DNA from: Hydrurus foetidus
Lineage: Eukaryota
Assembly: GCA_900617105.1 (NCBI GenBank)
Contig: UYFQ01000023.1
Span: forward strand, 62,001 to 126,000
Length of the DNA stretch: 64,000 bases
Direction of reading: 5' to 3'
Shown here piece after piece: positions 33,669 to 45,296 of this stretch. Below the pieces are notes generated by a model, which was not told the origin of the DNA, ran no database searches, and saw only the letters and a list, made by a program, of their open reading frames with translations. The position numbers and the translations under genes were made by a program. Numbering within the stretch: the first letter of the stretch is position 1; each line of letters starts with the position of its first letter.

Positions 33669-34225
33669 AACTGTCCCGCTACTTCCGTGACCACAGCGAG
33701 TCTTACCACGCTGAAATCGACGACCTGACTTCCGATTCCGAAGGCCATGACGTGCTGGCCAAACGCTTGGCTGAAAAACGCAGCCAAATCAACTTCCTGG
33801 TGATGATGATGGAAGAAAGCCCGGAAATGCTCGCCGCAGCCTTCCACCAGGGCTTTAGCTTCCCCAACACCAAGGTCATGGACGCGTTGGTGGGCAAAGA
33901 GATGGAAGACCTGCCCGATTGGGATGTGCTCAGCCAGCACCTCAAGATCACCCCCTGGGCCGCCAAACTGGCACAGCGCGTGCTGCAAGAACCCATGGGC
34001 GAGATCTTCATGGCAGTGGCCGTGGGCTTGGAATATTTGCACAGCCATTCCAACGGCACCGTCGCGCCCGCTGAAGACGGCGATGAGGATGCAGAGAACG
34101 AAGAAGACCGCGACGACAGCAATGAAGACGAAGACGGCAACCGAGACGAGACCGGCGACAGCCGCAACCTGGACAAAGCCGGTGGCGAATGGATGGAAAA
34201 ATACGGTTTTGACCGCAAGGGTTAA
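33665..34225 (+). CDS. atcA: Acidic protein, AtcA-like by position
   Basis: ATGA overlap with atcJ; 186 aa with D/E-rich tail; second gene of the four-gene cluster; name assigned from synteny. Confidence 0.6.
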   Translation: MKLSRYFRDHSESYHAEIDDLTSDSEGHDVLAKRLAEKRSQINFLVMMMEESPEMLAAAFHQGFSFPNTKVMDALVGKEMEDLPDWDVLSQHLKITPWAAKLAQRVLQEPMGEIFMAVAVGLEYLHSHSNGTVAPAEDGDEDAENEEDRDDSNEDEDGNRDETGDSRNLDKAGGEWMEKYGFDRKG

Positions 34226-34321
34226 CGGTCATCAACGAAAACCAAGCAACAGCTTGGTTGAGCCCCCATTTACCATCCACAGCACACCAACCACACAGCC
34301 TAAGAGAGAGCAACGATCAAG

Positions 34322-35068
34322 ATGCATTACCCCGCGTTAATCAAAGCCCAGCACCTGATCCAGTCCGGCGACATTGCCGGGGCCGAGGCCGCTCTGGTCG
34401 CCCTGGCGGACGAAGAAGGTGATCAGGCGCTGGTGTTGGCCTTGGACAGCTTCCCGTCCAAAGACCTGCTCACCGTCATCCGTGAGTACGACACGTCCAA
34501 GGAATCGGTGCTGAACCTGCTCATCACGCCCGAGCAGTTTGCCCGTGCCGTGGTGATCGAAAAACAGTACAAAGACCTCAGCCACACGCACCTGCGCGGC
34601 ATGATGAACTCGGTGCTGTTCCGTGAGGACGCCAACACTGTCGAGTTTCTGGCCACCATCGGCGAGCTGGATGGCGGCTGCGACGCGCTGGCTGATTACC
34701 TGATCGAGCATTGGGCGCGGGTGGAAAGCTTCGTGCGCACCGGCACCTTTGACCCCTCGGAAGACGACGGCACGCTGATGCCCGAGGCCAGCATGATCCA
34801 CATGGCCGGCAACAAACCCCGCGTGGAGCTGGACGAGGTGACGGACAACGACTGGATGCAGTTCACCTACCTGCTGCGCACCGAATGCCCGGATTTATTC
34901 ATCGAAGTGCTCATCACCCTGCGCGCCCGCTACGCCGCTTACCACGCAGAACTGGCCGCTGAAGACGACGAAGATGGCGGCCCGGTGCTCCACGAGATCG
35001 AAAGTGAAAGCGAGCGCATGGAAAAGAAATCCAAAGCGGTGGATTTGGACGAAGAGTCCGCGATTTGA
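34322..35068 (+). CDS. atcB: Acidic protein, AtcB-like by position
   Basis: 248 aa, host-like codon usage, third gene of the cluster; name assigned from synteny and size. Confidence 0.6.
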   Translation: MHYPALIKAQHLIQSGDIAGAEAALVALADEEGDQALVLALDSFPSKDLLTVIREYDTSKESVLNLLITPEQFARAVVIEKQYKDLSHTHLRGMMNSVLFREDANTVEFLATIGELDGGCDALADYLIEHWARVESFVRTGTFDPSEDDGTLMPEASMIHMAGNKPRVELDEVTDNDWMQFTYLLRTECPDLFIEVLITLRARYAAYHAELAAEDDEDGGPVLHEIESESERMEKKSKAVDLDEESAI

Positions 35069-36369
35069 ACCGTACCGCTATGCAAGATGCCACAAACGCC
35101 ACCTCGTCCGACATTTCACTGTATGAAGCTCGGCCCTTTTTTGAAAAAGCGCTGCGCTACGGCATCACCACCGGCATCATCCCGGCGGAGAAGCTCGCTA
35201 GCTTTCAAACCGATGGCCCCAAAGGCATGGTGCAGATTGCCCGCTACTTTGGCACCGAGTTTTTGCAGCCTGAGCTGGACCGCGCCCGTGAGCGCATGGT
35301 GGGCCTTATCAGCCTCTACCTGGAAGACAGCTCAGACGGGGACTTAGCCCAAGCCGCCACCTCCTTGCGTGACAACTCTCTGCTGTCACGCTCGAAAGCC
35401 GGCTCTGACATGCTCAAGAACCTGCTGACGATGGCGGACAGCACGCACTTTGGCTTGAGCGAAGGCGAAGATTTCCACGATGACCAAATCCCGCTGCTGG
35501 GCAAATGGACGCAAAAGACGCTGACAGAGTACCGCAGCGAGCTGGCCTACCGCTTGGAAATCAAGCAAAAAATGGATGCGGCGTTTTGGTTTGCCCGCAG
35601 CCTGGGAATGCCACGCAAAGAGCTTAAGGCTGCGTGTACGGAAGCCTCAGTCGATTGCGAAGCCATCATCCGTACCTGTTTACTGGCGGCGGCGGCGGGC
35701 CTGACCCGCATCCCGAGTTGGGCACAGTTTGAAGCGGCGGTCGTGCTGCTTCGTAAGAAAAGCATAGCAACTAACGCAGGTAGCATAAGCTTAAAGCTGC
35801 CCAGGGACCTGCCTGCTGAATTCAAACCCCTGGCCACAGCCATTTTGAAGGCGATGGTGTGTGACGATGTGCCCAAAATTTTGGACGCTTCGGTCAAACC
35901 CCAAAAACTGTTCTTCCAAAACCTGACGCTCTTGGGCCGCTACTTTTGGCTGGACGATGGGCTGGACGAGATCACAGAATTTGAACGCACCGTGTCCACG
36001 CAATGGGCCAAACTGACCCAAAGTCACACCGATGACAGCTCGCTCCTCACGCTCTTCTTGACGATTGCTGCGGGCGTGGCAAGCCCCAAAACCTTGCTCA
36101 CACCCACCGGGGCGGCTGCCCTGCTGCGCAAACTGCGCAAAACCGGGCTGGATTCGGAAGCGGTCATCGCCTTTTTGCGCGACTTTGCCCCGCACGAGAG
36201 CCAAAGCGATTACCGCCAGCTGTGGTTGGAATTTTTGGGCGAAGCGCAGCGGAACCTGTTGGACGAGCGCGATACCCGGTTGACCGAGGGTTTGGCAGCG
36301 CTGCAACTGCACTGCAATGTGGTAAGAGGTGAAAAAAAACCTGCATCTCCACGCAAGCTTTCAGTCTGA
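35065..36369 (+). CDS. atcC: AtcC-like protein (alternative start 35080)
   Basis: 434 aa, overlaps the previous stop, fourth and largest gene of the cluster; name assigned from synteny and size. Confidence 0.6.
   Translation: MNRTAMQDATNATSSDISLYEARPFFEKALRYGITTGIIPAEKLASFQTDGPKGMVQIARYFGTEFLQPELDRARERMVGLISLYLEDSSDGDLAQAATSLRDNSLLSRSKAGSDMLKNLLTMADSTHFGLSEGEDFHDDQIPLLGKWTQKTLTEYRSELAYRLEIKQKMDAAFWFARSLGMPRKELKAACTEASVDCEAIIRTCLLAAAAGLTRIPSWAQFEAAVVLLRKKSIATNAGSISLKLPRDLPAEFKPLATAILKAMVCDDVPKILDASVKPQKLFFQNLTLLGRYFWLDDGLDEITEFERTVSTQWAKLTQSHTDDSSLLTLFLTIAAGVASPKTLLTPTGAAALLRKLRKTGLDSEAVIAFLRDFAPHESQSDYRQLWLEFLGEAQRNLLDERDTRLTEGLAALQLHCNVVRGEKKPASPRKLSV
35752..35809 (+). repeat. Dispersed fixed-spacing motif, copy in atcC-like gene
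   Basis: CGT AAGAAAAGC ATAGC AACTAA CGC AGGTAGCATAA GCT TAAAGCTGCCC. Confidence 0.7.
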
Positions 36370-36382
36370 CCGTTGAACTGGC

Positions 36383-39300
36383 TTATGGCGATGCAGTGTT
36401 CGCTACCTCGGCCATCGCATGCAGGGCTGCATCAAATTGAAAGTCTTCAATCAACCGTACGATAACACCATGCTGCTCACCAAAGCAGCTGCGAAAAACA
36501 GCTTTGTGCATGTTTAGAAACTCAAGTGCTTCAGAATCGCTGTCACCGAGCAGTTTCTCTAACTGTTTCAACGCTTCATGCGCAGGCCAAGTGCTCAAGT
36601 TCGGTATGTCCGTCACATGGGCTGTAGAGAATAAAAAATGAATTTGTAAAGCCGCCATTAACTCATCAAAAACCGCTAATGTTGCGCTCTGTGCTGCTGT
36701 AACCGTATATGGAGCGGCTCCTGATTGAATAGCAGCTTCCAGCTCATGGGCCTTCGCATACAGCGTGACAGCGCCTAAATTTCCCGCTAAACCTTTGAGC
36801 GTGTGAGCAAGGCGCTCAGCAGCGCCAGGGTCGTTAGCATTCAGGGCCACTGCAATGTCGGTCATCACAGTTTTTTGATTGTCTACAAACTTTTTCAGCA
36901 TCGCCACATAAAAACTCTTCTTACCCAACATGCGTCTGAGCCCTTGTTCCGTGTCCAAACCTGGGATGTCGATAGGAACAATTTCATCCAAAGCGGGTGC
37001 GGGGAGCGCTTGCAAGGATGTCATGGGCTCATCGGCGATACCCGTCAGCAGTGGGCGTGCCAAAGTAGCATCCTGCGCAACCATGAACGGGGGCGTGACC
37101 ATGGGAGGGCGCGGCACAGTCCCCCCCCCAGTATCAGTATCCCATAGGTGAGCCGAGTGGATGCGGGGCGTGATCCATTGCAGCAGGGCACGCCACAAAT
37201 CGTGCGGCACGATGGGCTTGGTGACGAAATCGTTCATGCCGGCTGCAATGCAGCGGTCACGGTCTACGCCCATCGCATTCGCCGTCATGGCAATCACCGG
37301 CAGACGGCTGAGTCGCTCGATTTTCCGAATCTCTTGGGTGGCGGTAACACCGTCCATCACGGGCATTTGCATGTCCATCAGCACCACGTCGTACCAATTG
37401 GCTTTGACGCAGGCCAGCCCTACTGCACCGTTATCGGCAACGTCAACAACAAAACCCGCTTGCTGAAGCAGTTCCATGGCCACCAGCTGGTTGATTTCGT
37501 TGTCTTCTACCAACAAAATGCGGGCACCACGTAAACTGGCCAGCAGCACATCATCCGCCAAGGGAACTTCGTTACCGGCAGGGTCGAAACCAGAGACGCT
37601 GCCTACAGGGTAAGCGCTGGGTTGAAAGTCCCCCTGCTCCGCACCGGCACCCACCTGGGTGCGCATCACTGCATCAAACAACAGCGAGGGGTTGATGGGT
37701 TTGATCAATACATCATGAACACCCACCCGCTGTGCCGCCTGAATCACTTGCTCTTGCCCGTAAGCCGTCACCATAAAGCAGTGTGGGGGCGGCTGCAAAT
37801 TCAAATCGCGTATGCGGCGTGCGGTCTCTACACCGTCCATCAACGGCATGCGCCAGTCCAAAAACACCAAAGAATACGGTCTAGGGCCAACGGCTGCATC
37901 GCTCAATGCGGCAATGGCGACAAGGCCAGACTCCACAGCATCCACCTCAAACGCCATGTTGAGCAAGATGCCCGACAACACAGTGCGAGCCGTTTCGTTG
38001 TCGTCCACTACCAACACACGCCGCCCGCGCAAGTCGATAGACGGCAGCAACGCACGCTGAGGTCGCTTGGCTTTGCCCAGCAAAGCGGTGAACCAAAAAT
38101 TCGACCCCTGTCCTTCTACGCTGTCTACCCCCACTTCTCCGCCCATCAACTCAGCCAATTTCTTGGCAATCGCGAGCCCCAAGCCCGTGCCACCATACTG
38201 GCGTGTGGTGGAAGCATCGCCTTGCTGAAAGCTTTGGAACAACACGCTGATTTGCTCAAACGTGAGGCCAATACCAGTATCGCGTACAGAGAAACGCAGC
38301 ACCACATCAGCAGGAGTTTCTGACACCTTTTGAATGACGATGTTGATTTCGCCTTCATCCGTGAATTTGATGGCGTTGTTAGCGTAGTTGATCAAAACTT
38401 GCCCCAACCGCAAGGCATCGCCCAGCAAACGTATCGGTACGTCGGTGGCGACATCAAAGATCAGCTCTAAATTTTTGGCCGCAGCTTTTTCACCGATCAA
38501 GTTGGTCAGGTTGTCGAGTAATTTTTCAAGCTCAAATTCAGCGTGCTCGACATGGAGTTTGCCCGCTTCAATTTTCGAAAAATCCAATATGTCGTTGATG
38601 ATGCCAAGCAAGTGCTGGCCAGATTGTTGGATTTTTTCCAGGTAATTGCGCTGGGGTGCGGTCATCTCCGTTTTGAGCGCCAGATGACTCAAACCGATGA
38701 TGGCGTTCATGGGGGTGCGTATTTCGTGGCTCATGTTGGCCAGAAAATCAGATTTCATTTGCCCCGTCTGCTCGGCCACCTCTTTGGCTTGCAGCAGCTC
38801 TTGCTCAGCCTGTATGCCCTCAGTGATGTCCTTCATGAAACCATGCCAGAGCCATTTGCCGTTGCTGCGAGAACCTGCTGACGTGGTGGACACGCTGAGC
38901 CAGCGCTCTTCCCCATTGACGCAAGCACGGAGCGTGACATCAAAATGCACGCCCTGCTCACCCGCAGCGACGCGGGCCGTCGCAGCAATGAGCGCGTCGT
39001 CCAATACCTGTGCGTCCTCTGGGTTGATGTTGCGCAAACGGCTTGCGGGATCGTTCAAAATATCAGCCGCTGGCACACCAGAAATTTCACCCGTGCGGCT
39101 GCTCATGTACAGAAAATTGCGCCGCCCCTGCGCATCGGACTCATACTGAAACATCGCCAGCGGCAACGCGTCACACAGAGCAACGATTTGCACACGCTGT
39201 GCGTCCATCTGCTGTGCTTGTTCAGCCAACTCAGCGACAAAGGCAATATGCTGATGGCGATTCAACGAAAACACAACCGCAATCACAGTAAAGAAATACA

Positions 39301-39469
39301 GAGCTAAAACAAATGCAACAAACTCAACGCCAGCATCATGGTAGGTGTGGATGACCGCTACCATGGCTACAGTGCTTGACAAAGCAAGCAGTACAACAAG
39401 CAGAAAAAGTTGTTTTTTGGTGTTGTGAATGTTCATGTCTGACTTAGAGTCATTCCGAATCTGTGGCAT
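36383..39469 (-). CDS. Hybrid sensor histidine kinase (TM-PAS-HisKA-HATPase-REC-REC-Hpt)
   Basis: [32 protein letters not shown], two receiver domains ([16 protein letters not shown]), Hpt AHTLKG. Confidence 0.95.
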   Translation of the reverse strand: MPQIRNDSKSDMNIHNTKKQLFLLVVLLALSSTVAMVAVIHTYHDAGVEFVAFVLALYFFTVIAVVFSLNRHQHIAFVAELAEQAQQMDAQRVQIVALCDALPLAMFQYESDAQGRRNFLYMSSRTGEISGVPAADILNDPASRLRNINPEDAQVLDDALIAATARVAAGEQGVHFDVTLRACVNGEERWLSVSTTSAGSRSNGKWLWHGFMKDITEGIQAEQELLQAKEVAEQTGQMKSDFLANMSHEIRTPMNAIIGLSHLALKTEMTAPQRNYLEKIQQSGQHLLGIINDILDFSKIEAGKLHVEHAEFELEKLLDNLTNLIGEKAAAKNLELIFDVATDVPIRLLGDALRLGQVLINYANNAIKFTDEGEINIVIQKVSETPADVVLRFSVRDTGIGLTFEQISVLFQSFQQGDASTTRQYGGTGLGLAIAKKLAELMGGEVGVDSVEGQGSNFWFTALLGKAKRPQRALLPSIDLRGRRVLVVDDNETARTVLSGILLNMAFEVDAVESGLVAIAALSDAAVGPRPYSLVFLDWRMPLMDGVETARRIRDLNLQPPPHCFMVTAYGQEQVIQAAQRVGVHDVLIKPINPSLLFDAVMRTQVGAGAEQGDFQPSAYPVGSVSGFDPAGNEVPLADDVLLASLRGARILLVEDNEINQLVAMELLQQAGFVVDVADNGAVGLACVKANWYDVVLMDMQMPVMDGVTATQEIRKIERLSRLPVIAMTANAMGVDRDRCIAAGMNDFVTKPIVPHDLWRALLQWITPRIHSAHLWDTDTGGGTVPRPPMVTPPFMVAQDATLARPLLTGIADEPMTSLQALPAPALDEIVPIDIPGLDTEQGLRRMLGKKSFYVAMLKKFVDNQKTVMTDIAVALNANDPGAAERLAHTLKGLAGNLGAVTLYAKAHELEAAIQSGAAPYTVTAAQSATLAVFDELMAALQIHFLFSTAHVTDIPNLSTWPAHEALKQLEKLLGDSDSEALEFLNMHKAVFRSCFGEQHGVIVRLIEDFQFDAALHAMAEVANTASP
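36717..36774 (+). repeat. Partial motif copy in the Hpt region of the hybrid kinase
   Basis: Left box GCT CCTGATTGA ATAGC AGC nearly matches the 41401 copy; right half poor. Confidence 0.55.
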
Positions 39470-39582
39470 AGAGTTATAAAGAGCCTCAAACTCAGCTTCT
39501 ATTATGAAACTCGACTTTGCACCTCGTTGTAATAGGGACTTTTGCTCTGCTCATGTACACGGTCCATAGCTTGAGTTAAGGT

Positions 39583-40449
39583 TTACAGCTTGCGCGGATC
39601 CACGGCCAACAAGCGCTGCACCAAAGAGCGCAAATTTACTTTAAGCAGCTCAAACCCTGCATGGGGAGCCAAAGTTGCTTCGTTCATATACAACTTGCGG
39701 TTGATTTCCACCTGGATGCTGTGCCGGTGCAACGCAGGCTTGCCGTAGCGACGCACCAGTTCCACGCCTTTGTAAGGATGGTTGTAGGCGACGCTGTAGC
39801 CCAACATTGAAAGATGATCACAAATAAATAGCGATAAAGCTTTACTAGATGTGGTCTCATCCCGATTTCCAATCACAAAATCAGCATGAACAAGCCCTGG
39901 AAAATCTGTAGCGTGGCTTGCAGACACGGCAGGCATGGAATGGCAATTCAAGTGAATACTGTAGCCATGCCGGGCATGAGCTGCATCAATAGCCAGCCCC
40001 ACAGCTGCATGGTAGGGCTGCCAGCAGTTGGCAATACGTTGTTGCACTTCGGCAACCGCCAAAATGCGATCATATATAGGTAAACCTTCGTCGGTAAAGC
40101 GCCAGATCAATCCTTTGCCTAAGCGCACTTTAGACAGCACTTGCGGATCAGTCGCCAAGGCATCTGGCCAAGGAGCGTCCAGCATGGTCGTGTCCACCTC
40201 GGTCACGTTACGGTTGGCATCGAGGTAGCTGCGTGGAAAGTGAGCCTCAACCCAAGCAACACCCAACTCTGGACAAAAATCGTAGAGTTTTTCGACATGG
40301 GTATCTTCCGCCTGGCGCAGCGCCGCTAACGGACAAGCAAACCGAAAATCATCGGGGTATCGGGTGCCACTGTGCGGAGAATCCAGCACCAATGCCCTGT
40401 ATCCGGTGGCGAAACTGACACTTGTCTCAGGCGCAAAGTTGAAAATCAT
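39583..40449 (-). CDS. N-formylglutamate amidohydrolase family protein
   Basis: LDSPHSG, EDTHVE, LDANR, WQPYH, HLNCHSMP, PYKG, QVEINRKLY. Confidence 0.9.
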   Translation of the reverse strand: MIFNFAPETSVSFATGYRALVLDSPHSGTRYPDDFRFACPLAALRQAEDTHVEKLYDFCPELGVAWVEAHFPRSYLDANRNVTEVDTTMLDAPWPDALATDPQVLSKVRLGKGLIWRFTDEGLPIYDRILAVAEVQQRIANCWQPYHAAVGLAIDAAHARHGYSIHLNCHSMPAVSASHATDFPGLVHADFVIGNRDETTSSKALSLFICDHLSMLGYSVAYNHPYKGVELVRRYGKPALHRHSIQVEINRKLYMNEATLAPHAGFELLKVNLRSLVQRLLAVDPRKL

Positions 40450-40583
40450 GGGTGTATTGTCGCTGACTTGAAAATACACGATTGGCACCGAGGAATGCCT
40501 ATTTAGCTTATATAATTAGGAGCTTGGTTGCTATGCTGTCCCATCGATTAGAAACCGACTGTAACAGTGTTCAACCTAATTTA

Positions 40584-40659
40584 GGGTTCTTAGCTCAGTT
40601 GGTAGAGCAGCGGACTCTTAATCCGTAGGTCGACAGTTCGAATCTGTCAGGACCCACCA
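40584..40659 (+). tRNA. tRNA-Lys (anticodon CTT)
   Basis: 76 nt; acceptor GGGTTCT/AGGACCC, D-arm TAGCTCAGTTGGTAGAGC, anticodon arm GCGGA-CTCTTAA-TCCGT, GTTCGAATC, encoded CCA. Confidence 0.98.
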
Positions 40660-40679
40660 AAACAAGCCTTATTGGTATT

Positions 40680-40714
40680 AAAAAGCCTGCTACATAAAAA
40701 TAGCAGGCTTTTTT
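40680..40714 (+). terminator. Intrinsic terminator after tRNA-Lys
   Basis: AAAAAGCCTGCTA-loop-TAGCAGGCTTTTTT. Confidence 0.88.
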
Positions 40715-40870
40715 CTTTTGGGGTTGTCGTCAAGTTCGTGACGTTTTTGAGAGCTCACTCCCCCGTCAACGGGTAATCCTGTTACCTCACAGAGCACTAC
40801 TCCGCCAATGCCTTGACGGGTAGCCTTGGCCTGCAAGGCATTTGTAAAACAAATGCCTATACCGTTCCGT

Positions 40871-41395
40871 TCAAACCTTCCACTTCTCCAGCAACTGCTC
40901 GGGACGCATAGCGTCGTAACTCTCGAAGGGCTGGTGAATCCACGGGTCGGTGGGTAAAAACTCTACCGAATAATCGGGTTTGAACTTGGACAAAGCTTTC
41001 GTCCAAATGACTGCACTGCGCAGCTCCGTGATGGGTGCATAGTTGGTTTTCAGCATCTGGATCACGGCATTCAGCGTGTGACCCGAATCCGCCAAATCGT
41101 CCACCAGCAGCACTTTGCCAGCGATTTCACCCTGGGGCGTGGTGATGAACTTGGCGATGTCCAAATGGCCTTGCAAGGTGCCTGCACCAGCTCGGTAGGA
41201 ACTGGTGGACATGATGGCCAAAGGTTTGTTGAAAACACGGCTCAAAATGTCGCCAGGGCGCATGCCACCACGGGCAAGGCACAGGATGGTGTCGAATTCC
41301 CAACCGGACTGGTGAATTTTGATCGCCAGTTTTTCGATCAGGTTGTGGTACTCGTCGTAACTCACGTAGAGGTGCTTGCCGTCTTCTGTCAACAT
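40871..41395 (-). CDS. Type I phosphoribosyltransferase (purine salvage, Gpt/Hpt-like)
   Basis: LARGG, PRPP loop VLLVDDLADSGHT; follows purA. Confidence 0.9.
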   Translation of the reverse strand: MLTEDGKHLYVSYDEYHNLIEKLAIKIHQSGWEFDTILCLARGGMRPGDILSRVFNKPLAIMSTSSYRAGAGTLQGHLDIAKFITTPQGEIAGKVLLVDDLADSGHTLNAVIQMLKTNYAPITELRSAVIWTKALSKFKPDYSVEFLPTDPWIHQPFESYDAMRPEQLLEKWKV

Positions 41396-41400
41396 GGAAT

Positions 41401-42799
<1,399 letters not shown>

Positions 42800-42863
42800 T
42801 CACATTTAAAAGGGCTGGGGATGGAATGCCCCAGCCATAAAACCAGACTTTGGCTGGGTCAGC

Positions 42864-44108
42864 TTATGCAGCTTCTAGCGCGGTCACGACCCACTGGCCG
42901 CCGATAAAAGTCAATACACGGTCACAAGGGAACAAATCCGCCTCTGCGCCGCTGTCATGGCCGGGCAAACTGCACACTACAGTTTCACCCTGGCGGCGCA
43001 GAGCGGCAATGGCAGAACGCAAAGTTTCAGTGCCATCTTCAACACCACCGACTACACCTTCGGGCGCGGCCCAAGGCGCAAGGATGGCGGCTTGGTGTGG
43101 CCGAACGGGGGCCACGCTGGCCAAGGCTTTCAAATCCAGGCTAAAGCCCACAGCGGGGCGTGTGACACCGCTGGCACCATGATCAAACGCGGCACCTACA
43201 CCATCGTAGCGGCCACCGCGCACCAAGGCATCGCTGGCACCGGGCACATAGATGCCAAAACGGGTGCCGCTGTAATAGGCATAGCCCCGCAAATCGGCCA
43301 AATCAAAGCTGACGGTAACGCCTGCCCTGCCCTGCAACTGGTCAGCCAAGGTACGAAGGCTGCGCAACGCTTGCTGGATCGCAGGGGTAGCGGGCAAGCA
43401 CTGCGCGGCCTTGTCGAGCACAGCGCTGTCGCCATACAGGCCGATGAGCTCCATCAGGCCTTCGCGTGAAGCAGTGGGGAAGTCTTGGCTCAACGCTTGC
43501 AGGGTGCTGGCATCTTTGGCGGCCAAAGCGGCGTGAATATGGCTCAGCGTTTGCGCGTCTACCGTGGCACCCACCAGCAAAGCATCGACGATGCGCACGT
43601 CAGCCATGTCTACCGTCACCGCGTGAATGCCCGCCGCTTGAAGGCAATCCAGTGCCAGCAGCAGAGCTTCCAGATCGGCTTCTTGCCCCGCATGGCCGTA
43701 AATTTCTGCGCCAAATTGCAGTGGCTCACGGGTCGCGTGGGGGCGGTCAGGGCGGGTATGTAGCACGGGGCCGCAGTAGCACAGGCGGGTTACAGCGCTA
43801 CGGTTAAGCAAATGCGCGTCAATGCGCGCGACCTGCGGCGTGGTGTCGGCCCGCAGGCCCAGCATGCGGCCAGAGAGCTGGTCGACCAGCTTGAAGGTTT
43901 GCAAGTCCAGCGCTTCGCCGGTGCCAGTCAGCAGGGATTCGATGTGCTCCAGCAAAGGCGGCATCACCAGCGCATAGCCGTAGCTGTGGGCGGTGTCGAG
44001 CATATCTCGGCGGAGTTCTTCAATGTGCCGCGCCTCGGAAGGGAGCACATCAGCGAGGTGGTCTGGCAGTTGCCACGGGGGCTGCCAAGAGGGTTGCCAG
44101 ACAGACAT
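42864..44108 (-). CDS. hisZ: ATP phosphoribosyltransferase regulatory subunit
   Basis: [35 protein letters not shown]; position before purA. Confidence 0.93.
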   Translation of the reverse strand: MSVWQPSWQPPWQLPDHLADVLPSEARHIEELRRDMLDTAHSYGYALVMPPLLEHIESLLTGTGEALDLQTFKLVDQLSGRMLGLRADTTPQVARIDAHLLNRSAVTRLCYCGPVLHTRPDRPHATREPLQFGAEIYGHAGQEADLEALLLALDCLQAAGIHAVTVDMADVRIVDALLVGATVDAQTLSHIHAALAAKDASTLQALSQDFPTASREGLMELIGLYGDSAVLDKAAQCLPATPAIQQALRSLRTLADQLQGRAGVTVSFDLADLRGYAYYSGTRFGIYVPGASDALVRGGRYDGVGAAFDHGASGVTRPAVGFSLDLKALASVAPVRPHQAAILAPWAAPEGVVGGVEDGTETLRSAIAALRRQGETVVCSLPGHDSGAEADLFPCDRVLTFIGGQWVVTALEAA

Positions 44109-44177
44109 GAAATAACAGTGATGCGTTTAAAGCGCGGATTCTACCGGGCTTGACACCCAAGCTGCAGGCACCTCACC

Positions 44178-44363
44178 CTACAAAAGCCAAACCAGCAGCA
44201 AACCAATGAGAACACTGCACAGGCCAAAGAAACGAATTTGGCCGTCTTGCATTTGCAAAACCTGGGTGAAAACACGCCGCCAGCCGGTGGGTGAGACGAA
44301 GGGTAACAACCCTTCAAACACCAGCACCAAGGCCAGCGCGAGCCACAACGAATCCATGTCCAA
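44178..44363 (-). CDS. DUF2065 (YjeT-like) small membrane protein
   Basis: LALVLVFEGLLPFVSP.GWR; conserved position after hflC. Confidence 0.88.
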   Translation of the reverse strand: MDMDSLWLALALVLVFEGLLPFVSPTGWRRVFTQVLQMQDGQIRFFGLCSVLIGLLLVWLL

Positions 44364-44368
44364 AAGCT

Positions 44369-45286
44369 TTATTTCTTGGACGTGGGGCCGATGGCGGCAG
44401 CGCCGCCGCTGCCATTGCCGCGGAAGACTTTGAAGAACTCTGACGATGCGGGGTCTACCACCATCACATCACCTTTCTTACCCAAACTGGCTTTGTAGGC
44501 GTCCAGGCTGCGGTAAAACTGGGCGAACTGAGGGTCTTTGCCAAAGGCTTCGGCGTAGATGCGGGAAGCTTCGGCATCGCCTTCGCCTTTGATTTTTTGC
44601 GCATCGCGGTAAGCGTTGGCAATCGTCACTTCACGTTGCTTGTCGGCATCGGCGCGGATTTTCTCGCCTTCCGCACCGCCCGTTGAACGCAACTCATTGG
44701 CCACGCGCTTACGCTCTGCTTCCATGCGCCGGTAGACGGATTCGGTGATGGCTTCCACGTAGTCGGCGCGGGTGATACGCACATCCACCACATCCACACC
44801 CCAGGGCTTGGCGCCACGCACCGAGGCCAGTACTTCGCGTTTCACATCGGCCATCAAAGCTTCGCGCTTGGTGGAAAGGATGTCTTTCACCGTGCGCTTA
44901 TTGATTTCTTCCTGAAAGGCGTTGCGTACCACGCGGTTCAATTGGCTGGCGCCAGCGCTTTCGTCCAGACCCACGTTGCGGATGTACTCTGTCGGGTCGC
45001 TTACGCGCCAGCGCACGAACCAGTCGATCACCACGCGCTGCTTTTCAGCGGTCAGCATGGGTTCGTTTTCGGCGCTTTCCAGGGTCAACAAACGCTTGTC
45101 GATGTAAGACACGTTTTGGAACGGTGGCGGCAGTTTGAAGTTCAGACCGGGTTCGGTAATGACTTCTTTGATTTGACCCAGGGCGTACACCACCCCAAAC
45201 TGACGCTGGTCAACCACAAACAGCATCGAGCTGGCGAGCATCAACGCGATCAATGCGGAGCAGACAATAAAACCAATTCTGTTCAT
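44369..45286 (-). CDS. hflC: FtsH modulator HflC
   Basis: SPFH domain, EPGLNFKLP, RMEAER...A.ELRSTG, FYRSL. Confidence 0.95.
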   Translation of the reverse strand: MNRIGFIVCSALIALMLASSMLFVVDQRQFGVVYALGQIKEVITEPGLNFKLPPPFQNVSYIDKRLLTLESAENEPMLTAEKQRVVIDWFVRWRVSDPTEYIRNVGLDESAGASQLNRVVRNAFQEEINKRTVKDILSTKREALMADVKREVLASVRGAKPWGVDVVDVRITRADYVEAITESVYRRMEAERKRVANELRSTGGAEGEKIRADADKQREVTIANAYRDAQKIKGEGDAEASRIYAEAFGKDPQFAQFYRSLDAYKASLGKKGDVMVVDPASSEFFKVFRGNGSGGAAAIGPTSKK

Positions 45287-45296
45287 CGGTGGCTTT

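Noticed and set aside
39816..39873. Additional weak motif-like patches (39816, 26020, 47950, 30750-30800, 30952, 10183-10219, 40480-40523, 21945)
   Set aside because: Only half of the motif or shifted spacing; not counted without a PWM score
40807..40858. Overlapping inverted repeats downstream of the PRTase gene
   Set aside because: Hairpin without U-tract at an operon end; no further copies seen, function unsupported
40584..40870. tRNA-Lys as an island integration site
   Set aside because: No integrase nearby and no duplicated tRNA 3' end seen in the window
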